A stretch of DNA of 63,910 nt, filler included, from Craspedostauros australis (GCA_030167865.1; 21 parts of 21 records of this genome joined end to end with filler, not necessarily neighbours in it); one strand, 5' to 3'. Shown: positions 37,404 through 49,699, counted from the whole stretch's first letter. Made by a program: numbers and translations. Notes: a model not told the origin generated them from the sequence alone.

Positions 37404-38940
37404 TACGCGGTCAAGCACGACCTCCGACACCGAGCACGATGTGTGGCAGGTGGCCACCTGACGGATCCATGCAAGGACTCCTCCTACACCGGAGTTGTCA
37501 GCTTGCAGTCACTCCGAATCGCCCTACTCGCTGGCGAACTGAACGGACTCAAGACCATGGTCGGCGACATTGGAAACGCCTACCTGGAGGCATACACGAA
37601 GGAGAAGATCTGCTTCGTAGCCGGCGACGAGTTCGGGGAGCACACAGGCCACATGCTCACAATTGTCAAGGCGCTCTACGGCCTCCGGACATCCGGAGCT
37701 CGCTTCCACGAAGCGCTGGCAGATACCCTCCAAGACATGGGCTTCCAGCAGTGCAGGTCTGACCCCGATGTATGGATGCATGATGCAGGTCCGCACTGGG
37801 AATACGTTTGCGTATACGTGGACGATCTCATGGCGGTCATGTCTGACCCACGCTCCTTCTTCGACATTCTCACATCACAGTATGGATACAAGCTCAAAGG
37901 GGTCGGCCCCATCTCCTACCATCTAGGAGCAGACTTCGGAAGAGACACCGACGGCACAATGAAGATCAGCGCGCGTTCCTACGTCAAACGCATGCTGACG
38001 AACTACGAACAGATGTTCGACGGACCACCCAACAAGACCAGCTGCCCCATGGACAAGGACGACAGTCCTGAGCTCGATACGACACCCGAGCTTGGGGAGA
38101 TCGATCGAACCAAGTACATGTCGTTGATCGGAGCACTCCAATGGTGTGTGTCTCTGGGAAGGATCGACATACATGTGGCNGTNATGACTCTCTCCCGTTT
38201 CCGTGCATCACCAAGAGCAGGACACATGGACAGAGTGAAACGCATCTACGGGTACCTTCGCAAATACCCAGACGCCTCCATCTGCTTCCGAACCGGAATC
38301 CCCAATCATGAAGAACACTACGACATCCCGCAGCACAAATGGATGTACTCTGTGTACGGACCCAACCGAGAGGAGATGCCAGCGGATGCACCAACAGCCA
38401 AAGGCAAACCAGTACGTACCACGACTTTCGTTGATGCGAATCTCATGCACTGCAAGGTGACTGGGAAATCAGCAACCGGTATTGTGCATCTCATAAACCA
38501 AACACCCATCGAATGGTTCTTGAAGCGACAGTCCACCGTGGAGACGGCCACCTATGGATCAGAGTTCGTGGCAGCACAGTTGGCAACAGAACAGATCCTG
38601 TCCATCCGCTTGATGCTGTGCGAAATGGGAATACCAGTGGACGGCCCAAGCTGGCTCTTTGGTGACAACCAGAGCGTAGTCACATCCTCCACCATCCCNN
38701 NNNNNNNNNNNNNNNNNNNNNNNNNNNNNNNNNNNNNNNNNNNNNNNNNNNNNNNNNNNNNNNNNNNNNNNNNATGTACTTCATCAAGATCAAGGGAAAC
38801 CAGAACATCGCCGACATCCTCACGAAATTCCTTCCACGGTCGGTTTTCTGGGACCTCATCCAACCACTGTTGTTTTGGAAGGGCAACACGGATCCCAACC
38901 ACAACAAGTGACTGCGAAAAGATACGTTTCGGGGAGTATT
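37404..38940 (+). mobile_element. Ty1/Copia RT + RNase H, ending TGA 38909-38911, then PPT-like GGGGAG
   Basis: GDIGNAYL, KALYGLRTSG, YVDDL, FVDANL, ETATYGSEFVA, FGDNQSV and NIADILTK. Confidence 0.95.
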
Positions 38941-39074
38941 AGCACAATGCTTTATTCACCTGATTCGTTTTCTGNNNNNNNNNNNNNNNNNNNNNNNNNN
39001 NNNNNNNNNNNNNNNNNNTTAATTAATTAANNNNNNNNNNNNNNNNNNNNNNNNNNNNNNNNNNNNNNNNNNNN

Positions 39075-41357
39075 CAATCTTGTGAGGGAGTGGGACGTCG
39101 TTCTCATGGTGATGTCACCATCCAGACCGGTGCATGCATTGGGACAGACGCATGCAAGTCCACTGGACGCCGCGTCGTGCAGAAGTCGCCATCATATCGC
39201 TTCCGCAGCCATATCGACATTGGTGAGAATGCGTGCGTTGGCAGCAGTGCCTGCAAGGATGCCCATTCCACTGTCAACCATGGTACTGCGGGCAAGTATG
39301 CAGGCAGCCTCACCATTGGTGCTGGTGGCTGTGACGCCGATGGGTCATGTGAGAAGATGGGCTTCCGTGACAGGATGAGGACCGACCTCGTCGTCCCTCC
39401 TGGTGGATGCGGCAGTGTCGAAGGCTGCAAGGGATGCATGACGAAGACGGAGTGCGACTCCGACAAAGTCTACATCATCAGCGATGTCGACGGGGCCTGT
39501 CCAAAGGGAGGCAATGACACCAACAATAATCCAACAGGAGACAAGGTGGATGAGTACTGTATTGGCAAGGACACCTTGCCCACAGACTCTCCAACTTTTT
39601 CCCCCACCCCTTTCCCAACGCCTGCCACGTCACCTCCCACACCATCCCCAACAGCTCCAACTGCTTCGCCGACCTCGACACCGACCAGCGCCCCAACGAG
39701 CGCGCCAACGAGCGCACCGACATCGGCCCCCACTGCTTCGCCGACCTTGACACCGACTAGCGCGCCAACTTCAGCACCGACGAGCGCTCCAACAAGTGCC
39801 CCGACTTCGGCTCCAACTTCAGCACCAACTTCAGCACCAACATCGGCTCCTACCTCGGCGCCAACGAGCGTACCAACGTCGGCCCCCACTGCTGCGCCGA
39901 CTAGCGTGCCAACTTCAGCACCGACGAGCGCGCCAACTTCAGCACCAACATCGGCTCCTACCTCGGCGCCGACCAGCGCACCAACGTCGGCCCCCACTGC
40001 TGCGCCGACTAGTGTGCCAACTTCAGCACCGACGAGCGCTCCAACAAGCGCCCCGACTTCGGCTCCAACTTCAGCACCAACATCAGCTCCTACCTCGGCA
40101 CCGACCAGCGCACCAACGTCGGCCCCCACTGCTGCGCCGACTTCACCGACGAGCGCCCCGACGAGCGCGCCAACTTCGGCACCGACATCGGAATTCCTGG
40201 GTGCCCTCGGAACACCAAACACAAAAGAGGGAGTAGCCCTTCTCTTCACTATCCAAAACGAAGCTGATCTCCTCGGGATCTTCGAAAACCAGAACAGCAT
40301 TGCTGACGGCGTCGCTCTCTTCAATACCATCAGCGGAAAGACGGGTGTCCTCGATATCTTCAAGGCGGCCGCTTCCGCCCCCGGTGAGATGTTCACGGGA
40401 ACCGCAGCTGATGCTATTGATTGGTGTGGGGAGGCAGGACGCACATGCTGCGACGGAGATGACGCCTGTGACTGGATCGGCATTGCGTCTATCGCATCCA
40501 ACAGTTGCATTGGGGACTCCGCATGCGACAGTATCGAGACTCAGTCCATCATCTTCCAGGGATCCTGCCACTCTGACACTTATCCATGCCACTTCTTCAA
40601 CTTCAACTCTGGAAGTGACAAGGCCTCCATCATTGGGCCAGGATCGTGCAATGAAGAAGAAGTATGCATATACTTTGCACGAGACTCCAACGGCGACGCC
40701 ATTATTGGTGCAGGATCATGCAATGGAAACGAAGCATGCAAACACTTTGCACGAGACTCCAACGGCGACGCCATCATTGGTCCAGGATCGTGCACTGGAG
40801 CCGACGCATGCAAACACTTTGCACGAGACTCCAACGGCGACGCCATCATTGGTCCAGGATCGTGCACTGGAGCCGACGCATGCAGTTTCCTCGCGCAATC
40901 TTCCAACGGCGACGTTATTATTGGTGCAGGATCATGCGCTGCATCAAGGGCCTGCAGACGCATGGGTTCTGGAGCAGCAGCCGACATCCAAACCAAGCGT
41001 GTATCCAACACTATCGTGGGAACCGGGTCCTGTGTCAACGCCAACTCGTGCACGAACATGAACTCTTACTTCACCTCCGGCAGCAATAGATACCCCCAGC
41101 TCGAGGGAGACACACTTATCGGTGATGGTACTTGCTTGCCGGATGCCTCCTGCATTTTCCTGGGCTTCGGTCGCTACTTTAACGCGGACATCATTCTTGG
41201 CGACAACGTGTGCAACAAGGACCCCGTCGAGAGAGGCACCAACTGCAACCGATGCCAATACGACATACCGTCGACTTCCACTTGCGCGCCTCTCGATTCC
41301 GTCTTGGCCATTGCCTCCGGCAGCTCTTGCCCAGCCACCTGCACCGAAGATCCCTGA
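39075..41357 (+). CDS. Paralogous secreted Cys-rich repeat protein with long PTSA linker, 5'-truncated
   Basis: 39075-39580 aligns to the 12634-13140 domain (GDVTIQ.GACIGT.AC…DRMRTD.VVPPGGC…PTGDKV.EYC); PTSA repeats at ~39580-40190; different C-terminal Cys-repeat domain. Confidence 0.9.
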   Translation, partial: QSCEGVGRRSHGDVTIQTGACIGTDACKSTGRRVVQKSPSYRFRSHIDIGENACVGSSACKDAHSTVNHGTAGKYAGSLTIGAGGCDADGSCEKMGFRDRMRTDLVVPPGGCGSVEGCKGCMTKTECDSDKVYIISDVDGACPKGGNDTNNNPTGDKVDEYCIGKDTLPTDSPTFSPTPFPTPATSPPTPSPTAPTASPTSTPTSAPTSAPTSAPTSAPTASPTLTPTSAPTSAPTSAPTSAPTSAPTSAPTSAPTSAPTSAPTSVPTSAPTAAPTSVPTSAPTSAPTSAPTSAPTSAPTSAPTSAPTAAPTSVPTSAPTSAPTSAPTSAPTSAPTSAPTSAPTSAPTSAPTAAPTSPTSAPTSAPTSAPTSEFLGALGTPNTKEGVALLFTIQNEADLLGIFENQNSIADGVALFNTISGKTGVLDIFKAAASAPGEMFTGTAADAIDWCGEAGRTCCDGDDACDWIGIASIASNSCIGDSACDSIETQSIIFQGSCHSDTYPCHFFNFNSGSDKASIIGPGSCNEEEVCIYFARDSNGDAIIGAGSCNGNEACKHFARDSNGDAIIGPGSCTGADACKHFARDSNGDAIIGPGSCTGADACSFLAQSSNGDVIIGAGSCAASRACRRMGSGAAADIQTKRVSNTIVGTGSCVNANSCTNMNSYFTSGSNRYPQLEGDTLIGDGTCLPDASCIFLGFGRYFNADIILGDNVCNKDPVERGTNCNRCQYDIPSTSTCAPLDSVLAIASGSSCPATCTEDP
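40629..40960 (+). repeat. In-frame 72-bp (24-aa) tandem repeat IIG(P/A)GSCxxxxxCxxFARDSNGDA, about 4.5 copies
   Basis: Unit starts at 40629, 40701, 40773, 40845 and 40917. Confidence 0.92.
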
Positions 41358-41670
41358 GGGAGCAGCAGCACAAGTACATTCTTCCTCCGGTTCCGTGCCA
41401 ACACCAGGTCTTGAAGGGTCTGGGCCAGCCACCTTCCGGATGATGGCAAAGCACCCTCTTCATTGGGTCTTCATGTGTTTGTTAGGATAAGGATAAGCAG
41501 AAAATGGCGATGGCGAAGAGAAAGGAATCGAACCCCAGACGACGAAATCTGGAATGCCCGGGGATTGCACCCGGAACCGGTAGCCGTAGCCCACTCCGTT
41601 GATGAAACGGAGTAATTGCCTACTTAAGTAGTGAGTATCAAGTATATCATCTAATCTCCTATAATCTCAG

Positions 41671-42517
41671 TGTTAAGAAATCCACTTGGCGTAAATTCAT
41701 AGTCCTTGTTTCACACAAATTGTGCTTCATTACAAACTCTCCTACTGGGAAAAGGCATGGAATTGGAAATAAACAACGGATTATGAGCTCAAGGCACGAG
41801 CCATTTACCTCTCATGCGGTCTCTATTCTGCTGCATATGATTCAGCTGCAAGTGCTCAGTCTAACGCTCAAATAACCGGTAATAACGTCTGCTTCTGTTT
41901 GGTCCCCTCGATATGCAGTGGCTCTGCTGCTCGTCAGATCGTCTCATCTCTTCGGTGCTCTTAATCGCACGGTATGTACCTGCTGCATGTCCTCATCAAT
42001 TGGACACCACAGGGCGCTCATCCCATCCACCAGGAAGTTACTCCCCAGCCGACCATCCGATGGGTACTGTCGCGCAGTCTCACAAGCTCAAAATAGAATG
42101 TGTTGTGATTGCTCCCGCCTTCGTGGACCTGATTGTGGCTTGGTCAACATGTCAGCCAGATTGGTCTCTGATGGTTCATATTGGATGACTGCCACTCCTG
42201 CCGCCACATTCTCTCGGACAAAGTGATATGCAATTGCGTTGGCTTTCTTTCTCAGCTGTGATTCGGGTGCGGATGTGTTGTAGACGACGCTCTGGTTGTC
42301 AACTCGGATATCTGCCGGTCCCTCCAAAGGCACACCCATCATTCGAAGCTTGTATCTCATGCCAATCACAATCTCCATGGCGACCTTGAGTGCTGTGAAT
42401 TCTGAACCGAATGTTGATGTCTCAATTCCATTTTGCTTCTTGCTGTACCATAAGATGGGTGAGGAATTCAAGAAAAGTAAAACACCTGTTCGAGATCGTC
42501 GTGTGTATTGATCTCCT
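41671..42517 (-). mobile_element. Ty1/Copia 3' end: RNase H (42088-42517), 3' UTR, PPT and LTR family B
   Basis: WYSKKQNGIETSTFGSEF, DNQSVV and NLADMLTKP; GAGGGGA PPT at ~41904-41910; 41818-41900 matches 44372-44455. The left LTR boundary is tentative. Confidence 0.85.
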
Positions 42518-42701
42518 NNNNNNNNNNNNNNNNNNNNNNNNNNNNNNNNNNNNNNNNNNNNTTAATTAATTAANNNNNNNNNNNNNNNNNNNNNNNNNNN
42601 NNNNNNNNNNNNNNNNNAGCAACAACAGTAACAGTAACAGAAACACTTTCGACAAAGAGTGTTGACTACTACCGATTCTCCGTGCGCGGAGCCTTCCAAC
42701 A

Positions 42702-44049
42702 TTTCTGAGAGAATCAGAAGATCGTCCGTCCATGCATCAATGGTACCAAGAGAATCTCAAGGTACTTCCCAACTAAACCTCAGATGACGATATCATCTGA
42801 CAGGCTACAGCATCACCAATGGAACGTGACATCTGGAGAGCAGAAGGACGCCTACTGACGTCAACAGGATGTCAACATGTCACCACGTCGACATCTGTCT
42901 CCAAGTCAGAGCAGGAGGNGAAGATNCGATGACCGAAGGGCATCAGCATCATGGATACAGAAGGTGAACTTCAAATGGCGAGTACTCATGGAGTAGGAAC
43001 CAGTACTGAACAAACGGAGTGTCGAATGCGGAGTACGCATCAAACACGGAGTATCGTGTAGCATGAGCACACGATGTTGAGAGAGAGAGAATACAGAGAG
43101 GAGCGAGAGAGGATCTCGTGTACCGACTCATAGTCGGAGACCAAATCTACAAAACAGATTGAAGCGCTGAGAGCATCGGGCAAGAGAACGGCGTACACCG
43201 AGAGGATCGGAGTAGCCAAGCAATGAAATAGCAAACAGACGGCTATCAACCAACANNNNNNNNNNNNNNNNNNNNNNNNNNNNNNNNNNNNNNNNNNNNN
43301 NNNNNNNNNNNNNNNNNNNNNNNNNNNNNNNNNNNNNNNNNNNNNNNNNNNNNNNNNNNNNNNNNNNNNNNNNNNNNNNNNNNNNNNNNNNNNNNNNNNN
43401 NNNNNNNNNATCCCTCTGTCCAATCCGACTATCAAGAGAGAAGAAGGTGCGAGTGAGACTCCACCACGACAAGAGAAGGAAGCAGCCGTGGCTACTGTCC
43501 TATCAAGCGCAGACGCAAGCACGATCGACCAGACCGAAGAAGAACGGTCTGCAAGGCCACACTGTAAGGAGAAGAGGATTCTCAAGGCGGTCAAGCAAGA
43601 GGAAACTGGTGTGACGAAGAGCATTCGCACAGCCAAACAGGGTGGAAAAAGTGAGACACCACCAGGAGGAGAATTTGTGACGAAAACAATCTCCGTGCAA
43701 CAACAAGCGAAAATCGAAGAATCGACAACACAGAAACAAACGGAAATCAAGGGCGCGAGCGCATCAACGACGAAACAACGAATCAACATGGCGACATCAG
43801 CCAACATGAACAAGCGACGCATCAAGGCGCCGATGTTCAGCGGTGAACAAGAAGACTACAGCGCATGGGAGTCCCAAGCGAAGGCATATGCTCGTGCACA
43901 GAAGACGAGAGACGTGATGTTGGGCAAGACCAAGGTGCCAACAGTGAGCGAGATCGCGGCAGCCACCGATGAAGCCAAGGAAGCGATGGAAGAGATCTAC
44001 GAGCTGGGATGCGACTGCTTCAGCGATCTGATCCTCATGATGGATGCAG
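42702..44049 (+). mobile_element. Copia 5' end: LTR family A (42702-43255) followed, after an N gap, by gag
   Basis: LTR homology; ORF 43488.. contains APMFSGEQEDYSAWESQAKAY (Copia gag N-terminal motif). Confidence 0.8.
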
Positions 44050-44371
44050 NNNNNNNNNNNNNNNNNNNNNNNNNNNNNNNNNNNNNNNNNNNNTTAATTA
44101 ATTAANNNNNNNNNNNNNNNNNNNNNNNNNNNNNNNNNNNNNNNNNNNNTCATAGGAGACGCCGCACTACGCAGGCTGTGCCGGCCATGGCGGATACTAC
44201 ACGATTCTGCAGCTCCAGTATTATCGTAGCCTCCTCAGGCTGTTCCTCTCATGTTGCTCAGAAAGAGCGACGAGTCANNNNNNNNNNNNNNNNNNNNNNN
44301 NNNNNNNNNNNNNNNNNNNNNNNNNNNNNNNNNNNNNNNNNNNNNNNNNNNNNNNNNNNNNNNNNNNNNNN

Positions 44372-44458
44372 GGTCTCTACTCTGCTGCGTACGATTCAGC
44401 TGCAAGTGCCCAGTCTAACGCTCAAATAACCGGTAATAACGTCCGTATCTGCTTGACA
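44372..44458 (-). repeat. Copia LTR family B end (minus strand begins TGTCAAGCAG)
   Basis: Homologous to 41818-41900. Confidence 0.65.
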
Positions 44459-46025
44459 ACAAGCATCTCATGCTTGACACCGCCGCTGCGCGCCGTGAAT
44501 GTCAATCTCTGTTTGTCTCCGCATTCTGGAACAAACCGCGAGAAAACGCAACAAGGAGGCGGAAAGGAACCAGGCAAACCCGATCTCCTGATCGAAACTT
44601 GCTCCAAGACTTGCGCAGACCCAACATCACACGCCATGTGATGTGATCAAAGAAAATGACATTTCTTGGTGACCCTCTCCCACCACTCACATCGCTATTT
44701 GTGTTCCTGGAACGTCCTGGCAGTTTCGCGATCTCGCACGCCACTGTGCTGTGCGTGTCCCCGAAGTGTCTGATCCATGTCGTTCCATTGTCGCAAATCT
44801 AAACGATGACTTCGCTGGAAGTCGTTCGCTTCACGAACAACCAACAATCAGTGACAGCGTTTCAACGGAAAGACATGCTGGACGAAATACTCCACGACGA
44901 GAGATGCCAAATGCACGAAGCAAATCTCACAAAGACTTCATCCTGCTCTGCTCTGCTTTGGAGTTGAAAGCTGTCTCGTCATCTCCCTCCGACGAGTCCA
45001 ACAACATTACGAAATAACTTGACCGTTTTCTACTCTGGTCGGGTCCGTTTCTATCTGTTTCACGTTCTCAGTCTCCTTTGCTCCTCAAGACCAGAGTATC
45101 GGAATCTGACGAAACAGGGAACAGGAAGGGATGATGACGCTCGTCAAGTTGAACTTCTGTGATGCTGCGCGGTGCGTCGTCCAACTCGTGGTGTTCGTTC
45201 GTGACTGCGAGAATCTCAGCGTTCCAAAGAATCTCAAGTCGTGCCCTCCAGAGCACGACTTATTCCAGCAGGCCCGTCGCATCTTCGGACAGACGAAGAT
45301 TTAGATTCAGAATTGTGGCAAACACAACAGAAATCAAACAGACACGTATATCGGCAGACATACAAACAGACAGACACCAGCACATGTGCAGACATACAGA
45401 CAGTACCGACACATACTGTACACACTGGACATGCCCGAGCACGTGGATCACGGAGATGCCAGAGCAACAGTCACCGTCACACGGGCTCCATGGCAAGGCA
45501 GCGAGAGGCGGACTGCACCGCATTGTATTCTACCTTTCGACCTTGATCGTGCCTCTCCGCGCCTTTCTGTCCATTTCACGTCATTCGACTTTATCCATCC
45601 CAGATCGGCCGGCTATTTATTCGACTCGGCATTGCTCTGCTGAACAAGCCATCGACTGGCGAGGGGCATGCCATGGTGCCTGCTTGTCGTCTCGGCTCGA
45701 CTCGGCTTGGACATCCTGGTCACTATCGTTGTCGTTGCTAGCGTCTTTGTCACCCGCAATGCGAAAGTGCTACCATCGGCAGATGCTTAGAATGTGCTAA
45801 TATTCAGTTTGGTTTGGTTTGATAACTATGGAATTCTATATAAATATCCACGCTGTCCGCCTGACCTTGTCTAGAGAGTGCTAGCAGGTAGCTTGCGTGG
45901 TGCGGGTCGCTCGAGGCAGCAAATCTCTCCAACGATCCTCGCCGAGGAGTGTTCTTGGTGATGATCTCTGCGGAGTCAGACATTCATCCCCCGCTGTTGC
46001 CTTGTCTTTACCCACTGTGCTTTGC

Positions 46026-47450
46026 TCAAGCCTTGCGTGGACTCCAGCAAAAGCCAACACCGTTCAAACGATCGATGCGCTGCTGGGTGATGTTGCTCGG
46101 GCGATTCTGCTGCAGCAGTCGGTACTGCCGCCTCTGGCACTTGATCCAGACGGCAAGGCCCCTGTGGATGGAGTTCTTGCATGGGACAAGGCAGTGGCCG
46201 TGCTGCTCCTGGAAGGCGCAAAGCTCTTGGAATCTGGACTCCCACAGGGCATGGTGAGAGTCCCACACGAAGCCGACTTCGTCCAGGATCTGTTGTCTGC
46301 GATCTGTCAGCGTGCAGTGGCGGCCCTCCATCTTGAGCTTGAACTGATAGCGCTGTCGCTTGGTCCACTGGGCGAGATGTGGGTGCAGCTTGTGAGTGTA
46401 TGGAACGGAGCAGTGTCCAAACTGCTTCTTGAATGCGCAGAGCTCGTTGAATCGGGTCTCCCACTGCGTTTCTTGGTGCTGACGGATGTGGTTGATGTCA
46501 GTTGACGTAGCATCAACGGATGGGGCGGCTGAGCATGTTGAGCAATCTGACGGTGCCGACGAAAGCGAAACACAAGATGATGCTGATGGCAGAACATCGA
46601 CCATCGTATTTGCTCCCATGCCATCGCTGTGGCTGCGGACTTGAGATGCCGGCTGTGCCTCGGTCTGCTTGTCTGCTGCTTGGTGGGGCGATGTCTTGTT
46701 GTCCTTCTTGAAGCGCTTATGACGCTTCAGGTGCTCGTCGCTGGAGGGGACCAGCCTCAGGGTGTGGTTGTAGCTGCTTGAGATCTCCGGGATATCGGAC
46801 GGATGGGCGACATCTCTGCTTCGCTTGTTTTGCCTTGGCCTGAGCGACGGTGCCGATGATGGAACAGATGCAAGATCGAGCTTCGATGAAGATGTCATCA
46901 GCGGCGTCAATAGCTGTGCAGATTTTGGCAGTGTGTGTGCGGTATGGTCCATCTTGGACACGACGACCATGCGGTTAGGGTTGATGGGGATTGGTTCCAT
47001 GTCCGCCAGGTCGAGATCATATAACATTGACGATGGTGGCGCTGGTGTCGACTGTGCTGCCGGTGGCATGAACTCCAGCGATGAGGATGAGGAGTCGAAG
47101 AACCACGCCAGAGACGACAGAGATTGGTTGGATTCAACGCCCGATGGCTTCTTGATGCCAGAGACACTCGCATCGATGAGGTCGTCGAAGTCGAGACAGA
47201 TATCCTCGTCGAGATCGAGCTGATCAAACCTCATGGCATCAGACGACTGAGGGACCGGCATCGAAGAATGATCGTTTTGGCAGCGCAGCAAAGCCATCAC
47301 ATCGCCATTGGCTTTGTGGAAAAGAGCCTGGCCTGGCTTTGATGGCATTGATGTCGCCGCCGAAGAGGATTCGGTGCCAGACGAGAAGATGGTGTTGCCG
47401 ATGTCCAGCACATCCCACTGGTCATCGAAGAGCTTGGATTGGATGTTCAT
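46026..47450 (-). CDS. Helicase-associated (HA, PF03457-like) tandem-domain protein, ~474 aa
   Basis: Two C-terminal repeats W..RF.EL..F....GHC.VP......LA.W.K.QR......T..R...L..VGF.W; likely start MNIQSK at 47450 after an A/C-rich leader. Confidence 0.88.
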   Translation of the reverse strand: MNIQSKLFDDQWDVLDIGNTIFSSGTESSSAATSMPSKPGQALFHKANGDVMALLRCQNDHSSMPVPQSSDAMRFDQLDLDEDICLDFDDLIDASVSGIKKPSGVESNQSLSSLAWFFDSSSSSLEFMPPAAQSTPAPPSSMLYDLDLADMEPIPINPNRMVVVSKMDHTAHTLPKSAQLLTPLMTSSSKLDLASVPSSAPSLRPRQNKRSRDVAHPSDIPEISSSYNHTLRLVPSSDEHLKRHKRFKKDNKTSPHQAADKQTEAQPASQVRSHSDGMGANTMVDVLPSASSCVSLSSAPSDCSTCSAAPSVDATSTDINHIRQHQETQWETRFNELCAFKKQFGHCSVPYTHKLHPHLAQWTKRQRYQFKLKMEGRHCTLTDRRQQILDEVGFVWDSHHALWESRFQELCAFQEQHGHCLVPCKNSIHRGLAVWIKCQRRQYRLLQQNRPSNITQQRIDRLNGVGFCWSPRKA

Positions 47451-48376
47451 GGTTGTAGTTGTGTTGTGCCTACCGTTCTTCTTTGGTTGATTGTTGGTGT
47501 GGATGCTGGCTGGTGTGTTGATCGATAGAATGATGAGTTGGTGGAGAGTGGCGGAGAGTGATGGAGTGACGGATGGGGTAACGAATTCTGTGCGATATAA
47601 TGTGATGTGGTTGGAGCTTTCTTGGTTTGCGAGTGTTCGAGATTGTGGGTAGTTGAGATTGTGAGAGGGTGAGATTGTGAGAGGATGAGGTTTTGGAGAT
47701 TTGTGGATTTGTGGATGCCTCTTCGTGCAAGTGCGTACCCGTACGTCGGGGTGTCGGAATGTGTTCGTTGTCACTGTTTTCTGTTGCTGTTTCTGTCGCG
47801 TGGGGTGATGCGAATGCCGGGCTTCTGGCAACATCACAGCCAACCTCACACGTTGCTGTGGCGCGAGGATGACTCGTCCGTACTCGTAGCTCCAACGCAC
47901 AGGTATTGTGCGCGCGCTCGGCAGAGAGTAGAAGTAGAGTAATCTGTACAACCAGTCCCATTTTTCAGTGAAATAGGAATATCGTGTGTCCTTTTGGTTC
48001 TTTTGTCTCCTGTTGTTTGCTGCCTCCGCTGTACGGCTTCGCTGCCCATTGTCGATCTCTTGTGCGCGTAACTGCACTCGAACCGCAGAAGGAGGTGGAG
48101 TACACAGCCACAAAACATCAACCCCCATCACGGACAAATACCTTCGTTAACGACAGGGAGGTGCGGTAATGCTATTTATCGAAATATAATTTCATGTTTC
48201 TAAATAATCCACAGAAGTGCAAGGCAATTGTCATGTCCGATATTTCGGTCCATTTCACAAGCTTTTAGGACAAGGAATAACAGGTTTTGTTTTGGCATCT
48301 AATGGAATATTGTTGCACGCTGCTCAGTTTTCTACAACTAATCATTTCCACCCCTTTTGGGCCTGGTACTGAACAA

Positions 48377-48377
<1 letters not shown>

Positions 48378-48425
<48 letters not shown>
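48378..48425. repeat. (TG)n microsatellite at contig end
   Basis: Direct reading. Confidence 0.97.
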
Positions 48426-48525
48426 NNNNNNNNNNNNNNNNNNNNNNNNNNNNNNNNNNNNNNNNNNNNTTAATTAATTAANNNNNNNNNNNNNNNNNNN
48501 NNNNNNNNNNNNNNNNNNNNNNNNN

Positions 48526-49699
48526 AGAGCCATGCAGGCATCATCTGGCAGGCCTTAGAATCCATCGCACCCCACAGGAGTCCACGAGCAAATGCAAGGG
48601 CAAGGGGGTCATTGAATTTTTTCGCCATTCCTGCGCCAACATGCTCGAGGAGCCACTTGTCTGTGACCAATTCTGGATTGATCACGTTGTACTTGCATGG
48701 CGCACCGATGGTGGACTGGCATGCTACCTCTGCATCAATGCANGAGAGAGTGACATCAACATAGCGGGTGATCATTTTNCCATTTGGCTCAGCCCACCGA
48801 GCTCTCCTGTTGACCTTGTGGGGGCTGCAACCGACATTGCTTGCGTGGGTGGCAGCGCACTTCCTGATCGAATGTGTTCCAAGCAGCTTCACTGGCCTGG
48901 TACTAGAGACGATCTTGAAATCAGGATCGCTAGTACAGAAGTTAACGGCATTTGTGGCCATGCTTGCTGTTGCTTTAGGCACTTTTGCGCCGCTTCCGGA
49001 GAAAAAGAAGATGTAGGGTTCCTCTCGTTGCGAATGAGCCAAGGAGACCTCCATATGGATTGCAAGGGCAAGGATCGGACAGTAGGCAATGTCAAACGAT
49101 CCGACGATGATCTGGAGAGGAATCTTGTGGATGTCTGTAGAATTCTTGGACTTCATCACCCTGATGCCAATGTGCCCTTCGGCATTTGGGATGGTGTAGA
49201 AGTAGGAATACTTGAGGTCTGCAATGTCACTGCAACGGCCGATGAGGTGGAATTGCAACTTGAAGAAGGAGGTGAGACCGCACGAGGTTTGCCAATCATT
49301 CGCAGCACCAAGCATGGACAACAACTGCTCGAACTCAGTGATTTCGAATGACTCTCTCTCTGTGCTCTCCTTGCAATCGCCCGTCTTCTCCAATTTCGCG
49401 ACATGTTTGATCGCCCTTTCGACATATTTGCTGCGCACTGGATTTCCCGTATTAGTGCGATCGCACCAATTGTTGCATGGCATCTTCGAGGAGATGGCAG
49501 ATTTGTAGCGCTGCAGAGTACCCAACCTGGCAGAAGTGGAGGCATCACTGGGCCCAGGATTCTCAGTTCCAAATGCCATCTTCATCAAGAAGCACGCAAT
49601 GTGCTCAGGACGGATATGATCATACTCGGCGGCGGTGTACGGTTCACTCTTTGCCTGCAGCACCTCCAGCTCTGCTGCACTGTACTTCTTCCTCAGGAA
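48526..49699 (-). mobile_element. Crypton (CryptonS-like) tyrosine recombinase fragment
   Basis: TGNPVRS..V; catalytic residues R (LIGRCSD), K (KSKN), GTHSIRK, RARW and RY; CPILALA. Confidence 0.85.

Noticed and set aside
41511..41613. Calling a bona fide tRNA gene
   Set aside because: No acceptor-stem 5' strand or D-arm could be paired; kept only as a finding.
47451..48137. 229-aa N-terminal extension of the HA-domain ORF
   Set aside because: Low-complexity A/C-rich leader typical of 5' UTR/promoter; the ATG at 47450 is the more plausible start.
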